From an uncultured Zetaproteobacteria bacterium (lineage in GTDB: Bacteria > Pseudomonadota > Zetaproteobacteria > Mariprofundales > Mariprofundaceae), in contig CAZUWV010000001.1 of NCBI GenBank assembly GCA_964624255.1, positions 11,666-75,665 of the forward strand: DNA of 64,000 bases, written 5' to 3'. Positions 38,343 through 47,486 of the stretch are shown piece after piece. The notes beneath the pieces were generated by a model that was given only the letters and a program-made list of their open reading frames with translations, searched no databases and had not been told where the DNA came from. The number at the start of each line of letters is the position of its first letter. Position 1 is the first letter of the stretch. Position numbers and translations under genes: made by a program.

Positions 38343-39503
38343 CTATTCTTCCGCGAAACCGGCTTTCGCCAGTTCCGAGGCTACGGAAAATGCTCCCTTG
38401 ACCACCACGCGATCGCCTGCCGCTAGCCCTTGCAGTACCGGGATACGCCCCATGCTGGCGGTGCCCGCACGCACCTCTCTGCGCTGGTAATGTCCCGGTG
38501 CTTTCTCCACGAATACAATCAATTTCCCGCCCTCGCGCTGGAATGCCTCGCGTGGAAGCAGCAAGGCCTTTTTGCCAGTTTCTGCATGAATCTCAACATC
38601 CACGAACATGCCGGGATACAGGGTAGTATTCGCATCCTTCACTTCCAGACGGACGCCTGCGGTGCGGGTCGCTGCATCCAGTCGCGGATGAATATTGATC
38701 ACCTTCCCGACGTAACGGTGGCGTCCGTTTTTCGATATGATCGTTGCGGTTTGCCCCATCCTGACGGTTGAAAGTTGCATTGCGGGGATCCTGGCTTCCA
38801 CCCAGAGCGTTTGGGTATCGGCGATTTGTATGAGAAGCGTTCCTGCCGCAAGATGTTGCCCCAAACGAAAATTATCCGCGACAATAACACCAGAACGCGA
38901 TGCCCGGAGCGTCAATTGACCATAATCGCTATGTCTGATCAATGTATCTATATCCCGGCCTCTCAGACCATAGGAGGCAAGCGTCGCGCGGGCTGCCGCC
39001 AGAGCCGCATGGTTGGACTGGTGGATACTTTCCGCCTGTTGCAAACGAGCCTGAGACACAATTTTCTGTTCCGCGAGTCCCTTCATGCGCACCAAGTCCT
39101 GGCGACTCTTGCGGTGTTCCGCCTCGGCGCGAAGGAACCCGGCTTCGGCCTGGGCCAGAGCTGTGCTCGTTAGCGTTATCAGTTTTTGTCCCCGTTTTAC
39201 CCGGTCACCCAGACGAACATAGCGTGCATGCACCACGCCACCGACAAGGCTGGTGACATCAATCAGGCGATAGGCGTTAAAAGCTACCGTCCCCGGTGCG
39301 CGAACGAGTTCCGTATCGGACTGTGGTCTCAACGTTTCCACTTTCAAGCCGATTTGCTTGATTTGTTCGGCAGTCAAGTGAACTTCACCAGCCTGTTCCT
39401 GATGGGTTGTATCTTGAGCGCGACCGTTTCCTTCGGCCATAGCGGGCGGTGCGGAAATGCCGGATAACGTAAGCAAGGATATAAGGGTCAACAGTATGTT
39501 CAT
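38343..39503 (-). CDS. efflux RND periplasmic adaptor (CzcB/CusB family)
   Basis: The start is trimmed to MNILLTLISLLTL (signal peptide), where the ATG overlaps the upstream TGA (ATGA). Membrane-fusion-protein coiled-coil and beta-barrel regions are present. Confidence 0.85.
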   Translation of the reverse strand: MNILLTLISLLTLSGISAPPAMAEGNGRAQDTTHQEQAGEVHLTAEQIKQIGLKVETLRPQSDTELVRAPGTVAFNAYRLIDVTSLVGGVVHARYVRLGDRVKRGQKLITLTSTALAQAEAGFLRAEAEHRKSRQDLVRMKGLAEQKIVSQARLQQAESIHQSNHAALAAARATLASYGLRGRDIDTLIRHSDYGQLTLRASRSGVIVADNFRLGQHLAAGTLLIQIADTQTLWVEARIPAMQLSTVRMGQTATIISKNGRHRYVGKVINIHPRLDAATRTAGVRLEVKDANTTLYPGMFVDVEIHAETGKKALLLPREAFQREGGKLIVFVEKAPGHYQRREVRAGTASMGRIPVLQGLAAGDRVVVKGAFSVASELAKAGFAEE

Positions 39504-40753
39504 GGCTGGATTCCTTTGAGGATATATTCGGGGTGGCCGAGCACTTCGGCCAGGCGGATACGCGTCAGCCACATTTGTTTGAGCAGCTCGAAACGGGTTG
39601 TGCGCGCCTGGAGGCTGCGATCGAGGTAGATGACGAAGTCGGAGAGGTCCATCTCACCGTTTTCATAGGCTGTTTGAGCCAGACGAATGTTGTTTTCCAC
39701 CACCGGCGTTTGCCCTTGCTGAAACGAGATGAAGGTTCCGGCCGCGACCGCATATTCACGCATGGCCGTAGTGACTTCCCGCTTTAATTTTACGACGCTC
39801 CATTGTTCCATATCCTTTATGCGCTCACGTCTGGCAATGGCTGCCTTATAGGCCCCCGCGTGGGAATTAAGTATAGGGAGAGGGAATTTCACGGTCAGTC
39901 CGAGAAGGTGATCATTGCTATCCCGGCCTGTAAACAGGTTGAGCGTGGGATCGGGGACGCGGTCAAGACCCGCCAGTTGTGCCCTGGCTTCACCTGCCCT
40001 GGTATCGGCCCTCACCGCCTGAAGGTCTGGCCGGGAAGCCAAAGCCAGCCGCACGGCGTTTGCCGGCGGCTTCCAGCCCGGATTCAGGGTTGGAAGGATT
40101 ACATTAATATTCTGTCCTCTTTTTCCCGGCAGACCCAGAGCGTTGGCCATGTTCTCTTCGGCCCCCAGATAGCGCTGCCTTGACCGGGCGGCCATGGCCA
40201 ATGCGTTGGCGAAGGATGCACGAGCGAGGTTGACATCCAGCATATTCTTTTCACCGGCCTTGAAGCCCTGCCGTACGGCCTTGAGCAGTCGCTGCATAAT
40301 CTTCTTCTGTTGTCGCCGAATACTTTCGGTCTGTATGGAAAAATTCAGCATGGTCGCTGCCCGTGCGGCGGCGGCCATGCGCCGCTGGCGCACATCCCTG
40401 GCGCTCTCTTCTGCCGCATCCAGCTCTGCCCTGGCCGCCTCACTCCTACTGGAACGTTTACCTGGGATCTCGATCCTTTGTGACAAGAATACGAAATAAT
40501 CAAAATAAATATGACTTCGGTCCGCCAGCCGCCTGCGCCGCAGTCGAAACCGCACTTCCGGGTTGTAGGCGTAGGCCGACTTCTCGGTCAGCATGCCTTC
40601 AGCCGCCGCTACACCCTGCTCGGCCATACGCACATCGGGATGCGCATCTCCCGCCTGTTGCATGGCTTTTTCGAGCGTAATTGATTCGGCATGTACCGCG
40701 GGCTGTAAAAATAGCAGCCCTACGCATGCCATGGTCATATGATAGATTCGCAC
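39500..40753 (-). CDS. outer-membrane efflux protein (TolC/CzcC family)
   Basis: 417 aa with a signal peptide and two OEP repeats. It is the first gene of the C-B-A efflux operon. Confidence 0.85.
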   Translation of the reverse strand: MRIYHMTMACVGLLFLQPAVHAESITLEKAMQQAGDAHPDVRMAEQGVAAAEGMLTEKSAYAYNPEVRFRLRRRRLADRSHIYFDYFVFLSQRIEIPGKRSSRSEAARAELDAAEESARDVRQRRMAAAARAATMLNFSIQTESIRRQQKKIMQRLLKAVRQGFKAGEKNMLDVNLARASFANALAMAARSRQRYLGAEENMANALGLPGKRGQNINVILPTLNPGWKPPANAVRLALASRPDLQAVRADTRAGEARAQLAGLDRVPDPTLNLFTGRDSNDHLLGLTVKFPLPILNSHAGAYKAAIARRERIKDMEQWSVVKLKREVTTAMREYAVAAGTFISFQQGQTPVVENNIRLAQTAYENGEMDLSDFVIYLDRSLQARTTRFELLKQMWLTRIRLAEVLGHPEYILKGIQP

Positions 40754-40923
40754 AGTTTCCCCCTGTGATAAAATTTTGAAGAGCGGGGAAGCTGAAAAAC
40801 GGGCCCGGTATGTGCCGGAAGTGGGCTATATAGAAACCTTGAGGCTTTGCCTAATCCAGATGTTTTTTACAAACAATGCGCGATTGTTACAGCAGCTCAT
40901 AATCTCCGGTCCAGACCCGAATT

Positions 40924-41241
40924 TCAGCCGTGCAACAATCTTGGAGGGTGTTCGATCAGGTGGGGTATGTTAACGAGGCTGAGTGTTGCCAGGTGATAAA
41001 TCCGTTCAGGAGGCGTCGCAGCGTCACGCATGGAAAAAGGAGCCTGATCCGTAAATACATGAGACGATGCATGGATCTGGCACACCCGGTCCATTGAGTC
41101 CGCGCCATGACCACTTTCATCGCTGCGCGAATGGGCAATCTGGCCCGCCGTTCCGTCCATGTGGTCCATATGAATATCAATTCCGCATGTGAACATGGAC
41201 AGTTGCAGCCCCAGAAAAGCGATTAACGCCAAGGTACGCAT
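40924..41241 (-). CDS. small secreted His-rich hypothetical protein upstream of the efflux operon
   Basis: 105 aa with an N-terminal signal-like segment MRTLALIAFLGLQLSMFTC followed by His/Asp-rich stretches (DIHMDHMD, HSRSDESGHGADSMD). It is on the same strand as czcCBA. I recognised no family. Confidence 0.45.
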   Translation of the reverse strand: MRTLALIAFLGLQLSMFTCGIDIHMDHMDGTAGQIAHSRSDESGHGADSMDRVCQIHASSHVFTDQAPFSMRDAATPPERIYHLATLSLVNIPHLIEHPPRLLHG

Positions 41242-41272
41242 ATCGGAACTATATTATACGGGCAGCGCTGAA

Positions 41273-42265
41273 TCAATAAGACCTTTGTGCCGAAAAATCC
41301 GCCAGTTCAGCGAGAAGCCGGAGCATTTGCGCGTTCCCATGGTTGGGCAGGGCATGCTTGGCTCGCCCTGCATATTCCAGCGCTGCCGCGAGGCAGCGGT
41401 CTACCCCCCCCGCATCGTTTACCGCGCGGCGCACCATCGTCCTTTCGCCTTTAGCATACGACCCTCGTTCCGCGATACCGATAACAATATCACTCAGCGC
41501 AGTATCTCTGGCCATGGCGTGAATCAGCGGCATGGTGATTTTCCCCTCCTCCAGGTCATGCCCTACAGGTTTACCCACATCCTGCACCTCGGCCGCATAA
41601 TCCAGAGCATCGTCCACCAACTGGAATGCGACGCCCAGACACATACCATATTCCGCCATACGTTTGATCACATTCTCATCCTGTCCGCTGATGCGCGCGC
41701 CAATCTCGGCCGCAGCGGAAAACAGGATGGCAGTCTTGCGCTCGATGACTTCCAGATATTCGGCTTCACTCATTTCCAGGTAAAAGGTGCGTACCAGCTG
41801 TAAAACCTCACCTTCGGCCAGCGTATTCGATACTGTTGAAAGTAAGCTCAGAATATCTATTTGATCGTTTCCCACCATCATCTCGAACGCGCGCGAAAAC
41901 AGAAAGTCGCCCACCAGTACACTGGCCTGGTTACCCCATACGCCATTTGCGGATGGCGCACCGCGACGTATCCCCGAAGAATCAACGACGTCGTCGTGCA
42001 ACAAGGAGGCGGTATGCAGAAATTCCACGACTACGGCCAGCGGAATATGGCGTTCCCCCTGGTAGTCAAAGAGCTTGGCGGACAGGATGCAGAGCAGGGG
42101 ACGAAGACGCTTGCCGCCACTATCGACAATGTAATTGCCAATAGCGGGAATCATCATTACATCCGAATTGAGCTGTTCGCGGATGCAATTATCCACCGCT
42201 CGAAGCTCATCGGCGCAAAGCTCTGCAACCTTCTTATGTGGATTCAATATGTTGTCAGTATTCAC
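41273..42265 (-). CDS. ispB: octaprenyl diphosphate synthase
   Basis: 330 aa with the Asp-rich motifs LLHDDVVD and FQLVDDALD, and a long-chain polyprenyl synthase layout. Confidence 0.9.
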   Translation of the reverse strand: MNTDNILNPHKKVAELCADELRAVDNCIREQLNSDVMMIPAIGNYIVDSGGKRLRPLLCILSAKLFDYQGERHIPLAVVVEFLHTASLLHDDVVDSSGIRRGAPSANGVWGNQASVLVGDFLFSRAFEMMVGNDQIDILSLLSTVSNTLAEGEVLQLVRTFYLEMSEAEYLEVIERKTAILFSAAAEIGARISGQDENVIKRMAEYGMCLGVAFQLVDDALDYAAEVQDVGKPVGHDLEEGKITMPLIHAMARDTALSDIVIGIAERGSYAKGERTMVRRAVNDAGGVDRCLAAALEYAGRAKHALPNHGNAQMLRLLAELADFSAQRSY

Positions 42266-42355
42266 CTTGCGCGCATCGTAAGGCGATACGCACCGAGGTC
42301 AAGGTCGACTGGCTTCTCGCATACGAGGAGGCTGTGTGGAAACATGCTCTTGCCT

Positions 42356-42571
42356 TAGAGCCTCTGGCAAAACTTGCGGGCGGCGATTGGCTCCCCTACG
42401 TTGGCCCTCAGAGCTTACGCCCCGCCCTTATGGACGTTTAAACGGCCTACGGCCTTTTTGTCCGCACTGGGATTTCGGTCCATGGAACCACCATGCACCT
42501 CATTCTATCCCGAAAATGGAATCAACGCGGGATGGCCGCTCATCCACCCAGAGTTTTGCAAGAGGCTCATT
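42356..42571 (-). mobile_element. family-B MITE-like element, copy B1
   Basis: Its ends are TA-GAGCCTCTGGCAAAACTTGCGGGCGGCGAT and ..CCCAGAGTTTTGCAAGAGGCTCA-TT. The core CCATGGAACCACCATGCACCTCATTC is the reverse complement of the core in B2 and B3. Confidence 0.75.
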
Positions 42572-42822
42572 GTTTACAATATACTGCCACACTCCGAGCT
42601 TCCGCCACACAAAATCTGCTGCAATATTTTTTGTGGGGGCTCCGGTTATTTCTTTGTTTGCACTGAACCCCCCGCTGGCCGTCCGCATGTATGGCTTGTG
42701 CGTAAAGGACAGATGATGCGGCTCGTGCTGCGAGGGTTGACACCTCGCTCTTCCGTCCTGCCCCCGCGATGGTTCAATCATGTCTGATTTTGGGCTAATA
42801 TTGTCCTCACGCAAAGGAGGCA

Positions 42823-43494
42823 ATGATGACTCAGGATGAAATGAAGCGGCAGGTGGCCGAGGCAGCGCTGGAATATGTCGAGGAGGGTGCCATCATTGGT
42901 GTGGGTACGGGCTCCACGGCCAATATGTTTATTGATGCGCTGGCGGCGATGAAAACCGGCATCAGGGGCGCGGTGGCCAGTTCCGAAGTCACTGCCGGGC
43001 GCTTGCGCCGTCACGGTATACCTGTGTTGGATTTGAATGAGGCGCTGGAGCAGGTGGGTTCTTTGTCCACATATGTCGATGGCGCTGATGAATTTGACGC
43101 CAACAAGAATGTGACCAAGGGCGGTGGTGGCGCATTGACGCGTGAGAAGATTACGGCCGCAGCCAGCGAACAGTTTGTCTGTATCGTAGATGAAACGAAG
43201 CGAGTTGAATATTTGGGCGTATTTCCGCTACCCGTTGAGGTGATCCCGATGGCACGGAAGCTGGTGGCGGACATGGCCGCGAAGCTCGGAGGGAATCCTG
43301 TATTGCGCGATAATTTCACTACGGATAACGGCAATATAATCATTGATATTCATGGCCTGAAAATTACTGACCCTCGTGCTATGGAAGATGACCTGAACAG
43401 TGTTCCGGGGGTAGTGACCAATGGTATTTTCTCACACCAGCGTGCGGATGTCGTATTGATGGGCACGCCGGGCGGCGTGGAAACGATTGTCTAG
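42823..43494 (+). CDS. rpiA: ribose-5-phosphate isomerase A
   Basis: 223 aa with the motifs [13 protein letters not shown] and [12 protein letters not shown]. The TAG stop lies in the CTAG at the end of a repeat element. Confidence 0.9.
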   Translation: MMTQDEMKRQVAEAALEYVEEGAIIGVGTGSTANMFIDALAAMKTGIRGAVASSEVTAGRLRRHGIPVLDLNEALEQVGSLSTYVDGADEFDANKNVTKGGGGALTREKITAAASEQFVCIVDETKRVEYLGVFPLPVEVIPMARKLVADMAAKLGGNPVLRDNFTTDNGNIIIDIHGLKITDPRAMEDDLNSVPGVVTNGIFSHQRADVVLMGTPGGVETIV

Positions 43495-43725
43495 CCTGGA
43501 CTCTTGAGTAACTAAATCGTAGGCGCTTGATTTTGTTACTCTCGGATTGGGCGCCGCGAAGCGGGGTGAGTCGCTATTCGTAAATACTGCCATGCCCTTG
43601 AGCCTCTTGCAAAACTCATGAGCGGTAATCCCTCGTCGGTCGTCCGTATGCATGGCTACGGTCTCTCTCCTTGGAATCCGCTGCGAACAAAGGCCCGGCG
43701 CAATCACCATGGTGATTCATGCCTG
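43492..43725 (+). mobile_element. composite/chimeric element (family-A ends and core with an embedded family-B terminal repeat)
   Basis: It starts C-TA-GCCTGGACT. It contains a second A-type end (GCTATTCGTAAATACTGCC). Next comes the B-type repeat GAGCCTCTTGCAAAACTCATGAGCGG, fused to the A core TCGTCGGTCGTCCGTATGCATGGCTACGG. The right end is degenerate, so its coordinate is approximate. Confidence 0.6.
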
Positions 43726-43842
43726 ATGTAATGAGGCATTTATTCTGTCGACCAAGCTGCATCAGGTCAAACAGGGAACAACAATGATGGGTACACACCC
43801 GCGATATGAGATGAGTCAGCTGCGCGAACCGGAGTTACGGAT

Positions 43843-44559
43843 ATGAGTCATACAAGCAGATATTCCAGCCTTCCGTGGCGACGCGTCGTACCGTTGCTGG
43901 CGCTTGTCGCTGGCCTGGCGATATTTTTCACTCTTGGTATGAATCGTTATCTGAGTTTTTCGGCATTGGGAGAACACCGCGTAGTGTTACTGAACTGGGT
44001 CGGCGCCCACCCCCTGCTCGCACCGCTTATCTATATGCTGATTTATGTTCTTGTGGCGGTATTCTCGCTACCCGGCGGGGCGGTAATGACTATCAGCGGT
44101 GGCTTCCTGTTCGGCGCGATGGCAGGAGGTGTCTATGCCGTAAGCGGAGCAACACTGGGGGCCGTGGCGCTGTTCCTGACTGCCAAGACATCGCTGGGGG
44201 ACTACCTGCTGGCCAGGACTGGTCCCGCCATCAGGAAGATGCAGTCCGGGTTTGAGGAGGATGCGTTCAGTTACATGTTTGTATTGCGCCTGGTTCCCCT
44301 GTTTCCGTTTTTTCTGGTAAATCTGGCTCCGGCATTTCTTGGTGTATCTCTGCGCGTGTATCTCATTGCCACGTTTTTCGGCATCATGCCCGGAACATTT
44401 GTGTATGCCCTTGTCGGCGCAGGTTTGGGTAGCGTGTTTGACCATGGCGGAACATTTACGCTGGCGGGTGTGATGACGCCGCGAATGATTGCGGCGATGG
44501 CAGGTCTGGGCTTGCTGGCGCTGGTACCAGTAGTCTATAAGAAGATGAAGGGAAGGTGA
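43843..44559 (+). CDS. TVP38/TMEM64 (DedA-related) family membrane protein
   Basis: 238 aa with multiple TM segments, the motif LPGGAVMTISGGFLFG, and the characteristic RLVPLFPFFLVN. Confidence 0.75.
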   Translation: MSHTSRYSSLPWRRVVPLLALVAGLAIFFTLGMNRYLSFSALGEHRVVLLNWVGAHPLLAPLIYMLIYVLVAVFSLPGGAVMTISGGFLFGAMAGGVYAVSGATLGAVALFLTAKTSLGDYLLARTGPAIRKMQSGFEEDAFSYMFVLRLVPLFPFFLVNLAPAFLGVSLRVYLIATFFGIMPGTFVYALVGAGLGSVFDHGGTFTLAGVMTPRMIAAMAGLGLLALVPVVYKKMKGR

Positions 44560-44596
44560 CGACTCGGATAGTCTTCCCCCGACGCGTTCGATAGCT

Positions 44597-44638
44597 AGGA
44601 GCCTGTCGGACTTATGGGAAATCTGCTGCGCGGCAGGG
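44597..44638. repeat. family-C hairpin repeat, second copy
   Basis: AGGAGCCTGTCGGACTTATGGGAAATCTGCTGCGCGGCAGGG aligns with the reverse complement of 7711-7758. Confidence 0.55.
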
Positions 44639-44693
44639 AAGCGGTCCAAAACATCCTGATTTTTCGTTACATAGTTATAAGGGGAGGAGATAC

Positions 44694-46115
44694 GTGGGTA
44701 GCCTGTTGAAGGTAGATGTTTGTATCATTGGTGCCGGGGCTGGCGGCCTGTCGGTTGCAGCGGGGGCTTCCCGAATGGGAGCCATGGTCGCGCTGGTCGA
44801 AAAAGGCGAGATGGGCGGCGACTGCCTGAATACCGGCTGCGTGCCATCCAAGGCGTTATTGGCTGCGGGTGAGAAAGCGCAGGCCGTGCGCGATGCGCGA
44901 CACTTTGGAGTTCGGGCCGACGAGCCTGCGGTGGATTGGGTCGGAGTTAACCGGCATGTGCATCAGGTGATTGGCAGGATTGCACCGAATGATTCTCAGA
45001 AACGTTTTGAAGGTTTTGGCGTCAAGGTAATACGTGCTGCCGGAAAATTTATTGATGAGCGCACGCTTCAGGCTGGGAACGTGACCATTCGTGCTAAATA
45101 CTTCGTTATCGCCACGGGTTCATCCCCTTTTGTACCGCCGATTGAGGGGCTAAATAATGTAGATTACTTTACCAATGAGAATATCTTCGATAATAAAGAG
45201 GCGATAGACCATCTTATTGTCATCGGTGGCGGTCCAATTGGCATGGAAATGGCGCAGGCACATCGTCGTTTGGGAGCGAGAGTTACCGTGATGGAAGTGG
45301 CCCGTCTTCTGGTCAAGGATGATCCGGAGCTGGCCGGGGTGGTTATCGGGCGCTTGCGGAAGGAGGGTATTATCTTCCTTGAAGGTGGGCGCCACCTCCG
45401 GTTTGAGAAAACAGGGGAGGCTATCGCCGCTTATTGTGAAATGGATGATGGCAAGCAGTGCGTACACGGATCACATCTTCTGATTGCAACCGGCCGTCGT
45501 GCCAATGTGGGAGGTCTGAATTTAGAGGTGGCGGGCGTAAAATACTCGCCACGCGGAGTGGAGGTGGATGCGCACCTGCGTTCGTCCAACAGGCGCATTT
45601 TTGCTATTGGCGATGTCGCTGGTCCTTATCAGTTCACCCATATGGCGGCTTATCAGGCGGGCATCGTGATCCGTAATATTCTGTTCAAACTCCCGGCGAA
45701 AGTGGATTATTCGGCTGTTCCGTGGGTAACATATACCGACCCGGAGTTGGCGCATGTAGGGGTGTCCGAGGCTGATGCAAAACGGACCGGCATGCCGGTC
45801 CGTGTGCTGCGCTGGACATTTGAGGAGAACGATCGGGCGCAGGCGGAACGGCGTACGGAGGGAGTGATCAAGGTCGTTATTGCCAGAAATGGGCGGATTC
45901 TGGGCACGACCATGGTTGGAATTCACGCAGGAGAACTGATTCAGTCGTGGGTTTTGGCTATTGGTCAAAAGATGAAGATTGGTGCCATGGCAAGTATGAT
46001 TGCGCCGTACCCGACTCTGGGGGAGGTAAATAAGCGTATCGCCGGAAGCTACTATATCTCCTCATTGTTCTCGAAGCGCACGCGAAGCGTTGTGCGTTTT
46101 TTGTTACGTTTCTAG
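44694..46115 (+). CDS. pyridine nucleotide-disulfide oxidoreductase (dihydrolipoamide dehydrogenase / mercuric reductase-like)
   Basis: GTG start. The FAD motif GAGAGG and the redox-active disulfide GGDCLNTGCVPSK are present, with a C-terminal dimerisation domain. Confidence 0.8.
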   Translation: MGSLLKVDVCIIGAGAGGLSVAAGASRMGAMVALVEKGEMGGDCLNTGCVPSKALLAAGEKAQAVRDARHFGVRADEPAVDWVGVNRHVHQVIGRIAPNDSQKRFEGFGVKVIRAAGKFIDERTLQAGNVTIRAKYFVIATGSSPFVPPIEGLNNVDYFTNENIFDNKEAIDHLIVIGGGPIGMEMAQAHRRLGARVTVMEVARLLVKDDPELAGVVIGRLRKEGIIFLEGGRHLRFEKTGEAIAAYCEMDDGKQCVHGSHLLIATGRRANVGGLNLEVAGVKYSPRGVEVDAHLRSSNRRIFAIGDVAGPYQFTHMAAYQAGIVIRNILFKLPAKVDYSAVPWVTYTDPELAHVGVSEADAKRTGMPVRVLRWTFEENDRAQAERRTEGVIKVVIARNGRILGTTMVGIHAGELIQSWVLAIGQKMKIGAMASMIAPYPTLGEVNKRIAGSYYISSLFSKRTRSVVRFLLRF

Positions 46116-46140
46116 GGGCCTGGTCCTGGCTCGGGAGAAA

Positions 46141-46548
46141 TCATAGGCCACCGCTGATCTTCCAGCCCGCAGGCGTGCGTTTCAGCGATAATTCTTCGCG
46201 CTGCACCATTTTCCGCCAGTGGCCGCCCACGCACACCCTGAGCCGATAGGATTGTGCGCAATCTGCATGTGTTCCGTCCACAAGATAAATTTGGCGATCG
46301 AATGAATGCATATCTAGCCTATCAAATTTATTGAACAGGTGAATCATCTGGGCGACAACCTCCACCTTGCTGCGGCCATGGTCCATGTAATCAGGTAAAA
46401 TAAGGCCGGAATATGCACTAATATTGTGTGTCGTAATAGCTGCATCCCGTGCATCCAGAACAGCATTGACAGACGATTTTCCCGCTCCGCCGCACGCGGT
46501 AATGCCAAGGTACAAGAAGAATATCGACAGCCTTATCCCACCCGCCAT
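46141..46548 (-). CDS. hypothetical lipoprotein (NTF2-like size and pattern)
   Basis: The start is trimmed to MAGGIRLSIFFLYLGITAC (lipobox), because the listed ORF N-terminus up to 46722 is read through a repeat element. Confidence 0.5.
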   Translation of the reverse strand: MAGGIRLSIFFLYLGITACGGAGKSSVNAVLDARDAAITTHNISAYSGLILPDYMDHGRSKVEVVAQMIHLFNKFDRLDMHSFDRQIYLVDGTHADCAQSYRLRVCVGGHWRKMVQREELSLKRTPAGWKISGGL

Positions 46549-46584
46549 CCTCCGCCGAATGATTGGCGACACGGAAACCTTTCC

Positions 46585-46750
46585 TATCCTGCATTCTTCA
46601 CAAATGCTGCTGCGTCCTTGCTTGTTCCGTTGTCCGCACCGAATTCCTTGTCGGTCGTCGGTATGCGCGCTCACGGCCTCCTTCCTTGGAATCCGTTGCG
46701 AACAGAGGCCCGGTGCAATCATCGCGGCGATTCATGAATAATGCAGGCTA
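46585..46750 (+). mobile_element. family-A MITE-like element, copy A4
   Basis: Left end C-TA-TCCTGCATTCTTCACAAATGC and right end GCGATTCATGAATAATGCAGGC-TA-G. The core is collinear with copy A2. It abuts the bamD stop codon. Confidence 0.8.
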
Positions 46751-46751
46751 G

Positions 46752-47477
46752 CTAAAGGAAACGTGCCGCTTTGCGGCTCCACTCACTCTTGGGATAATTA
46801 TGTCTCAATAGCAGGGCTGAATTGCGAGCATCGTCCTTTACGCCCAGTTTGGAGAAGGAAGCAGCCAGATAATACAAGGCTTCTTCAATGACGGGTGTGG
46901 TTTGATATTTCTCCAGCACGACTTGGAAACGGTTGGCCGCAGCGACATAACGGTGGCGCTTGAAATAAAATTTCCCGACATCCAGTTCATGGCCAGCCAG
47001 TCGGTTATAGAGGAGCTGGAGACGACGGGAAGCGTCCCTGGCATACGGACTCTTCGGGTATTCTTTAAGCAATGTCTTGAAAATTTTCATGGCAGCATGC
47101 GTTTCTGACTGGTCCCTTTCGGGCCGGGAAGATTCTCGATAGTGACTCATCCCAAGTATATACTGCGCATAATCTACGTTCGGGTGACGGGGATGTCTGC
47201 GCACGAATTCGCTACTGAGTGTTTCGGATAAAATGTACTCATGGTCCTTATAAGCCGAGAATATACGCAGTAATTCCGCTTGGATGGCATATCGGCTATA
47301 GGGGTGGTCTGTTTCAAATTTTTCAAGATCAAGTGTGACCTCTGAATACGAACCTTTCGCCAACAGGGCTTTTGCATGCTCATAATCAATTTGGGCCGTG
47401 CTCTTTTTTATGGCTGAGCTGCTGGCACAGGCGGCCAGTAGCAGTGGCAGGCAGAAGAGGGCAAGAAGTTTTTTCAT
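46752..47477 (-). CDS. bamD: outer membrane protein assembly factor BamD
   Basis: 241 aa with the lipoprotein signal MKKLLALFCLPLLLAAC and a TPR-like BamD/YfiO sequence (HPYSRYAIQAEL, YPKSPYARDA). Confidence 0.85.
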   Translation of the reverse strand: MKKLLALFCLPLLLAACASSSAIKKSTAQIDYEHAKALLAKGSYSEVTLDLEKFETDHPYSRYAIQAELLRIFSAYKDHEYILSETLSSEFVRRHPRHPNVDYAQYILGMSHYRESSRPERDQSETHAAMKIFKTLLKEYPKSPYARDASRRLQLLYNRLAGHELDVGKFYFKRHRYVAAANRFQVVLEKYQTTPVIEEALYYLAASFSKLGVKDDARNSALLLRHNYPKSEWSRKAARFL

Positions 47478-47486
47478 GTCGATACC

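Noticed and set aside
40776-40973. 65-aa plus-strand ORF in the gap upstream of czcC.
   Set aside because: It is short and has no RBS or recognisable motif. It is antisense to the efflux operon leader and partly overlaps the His-rich ORF.
42736-42802. Candidate rpiA promoter (TTCAAT - 17 nt - TAATAT near 42774-42802, and a TTGACA at 42736).
   Set aside because: The hexamers are plausible, but only one of many possible matches. The TTGACA has no acceptable -10 at the proper spacing. I did not list it as a feature without transcript-start data.
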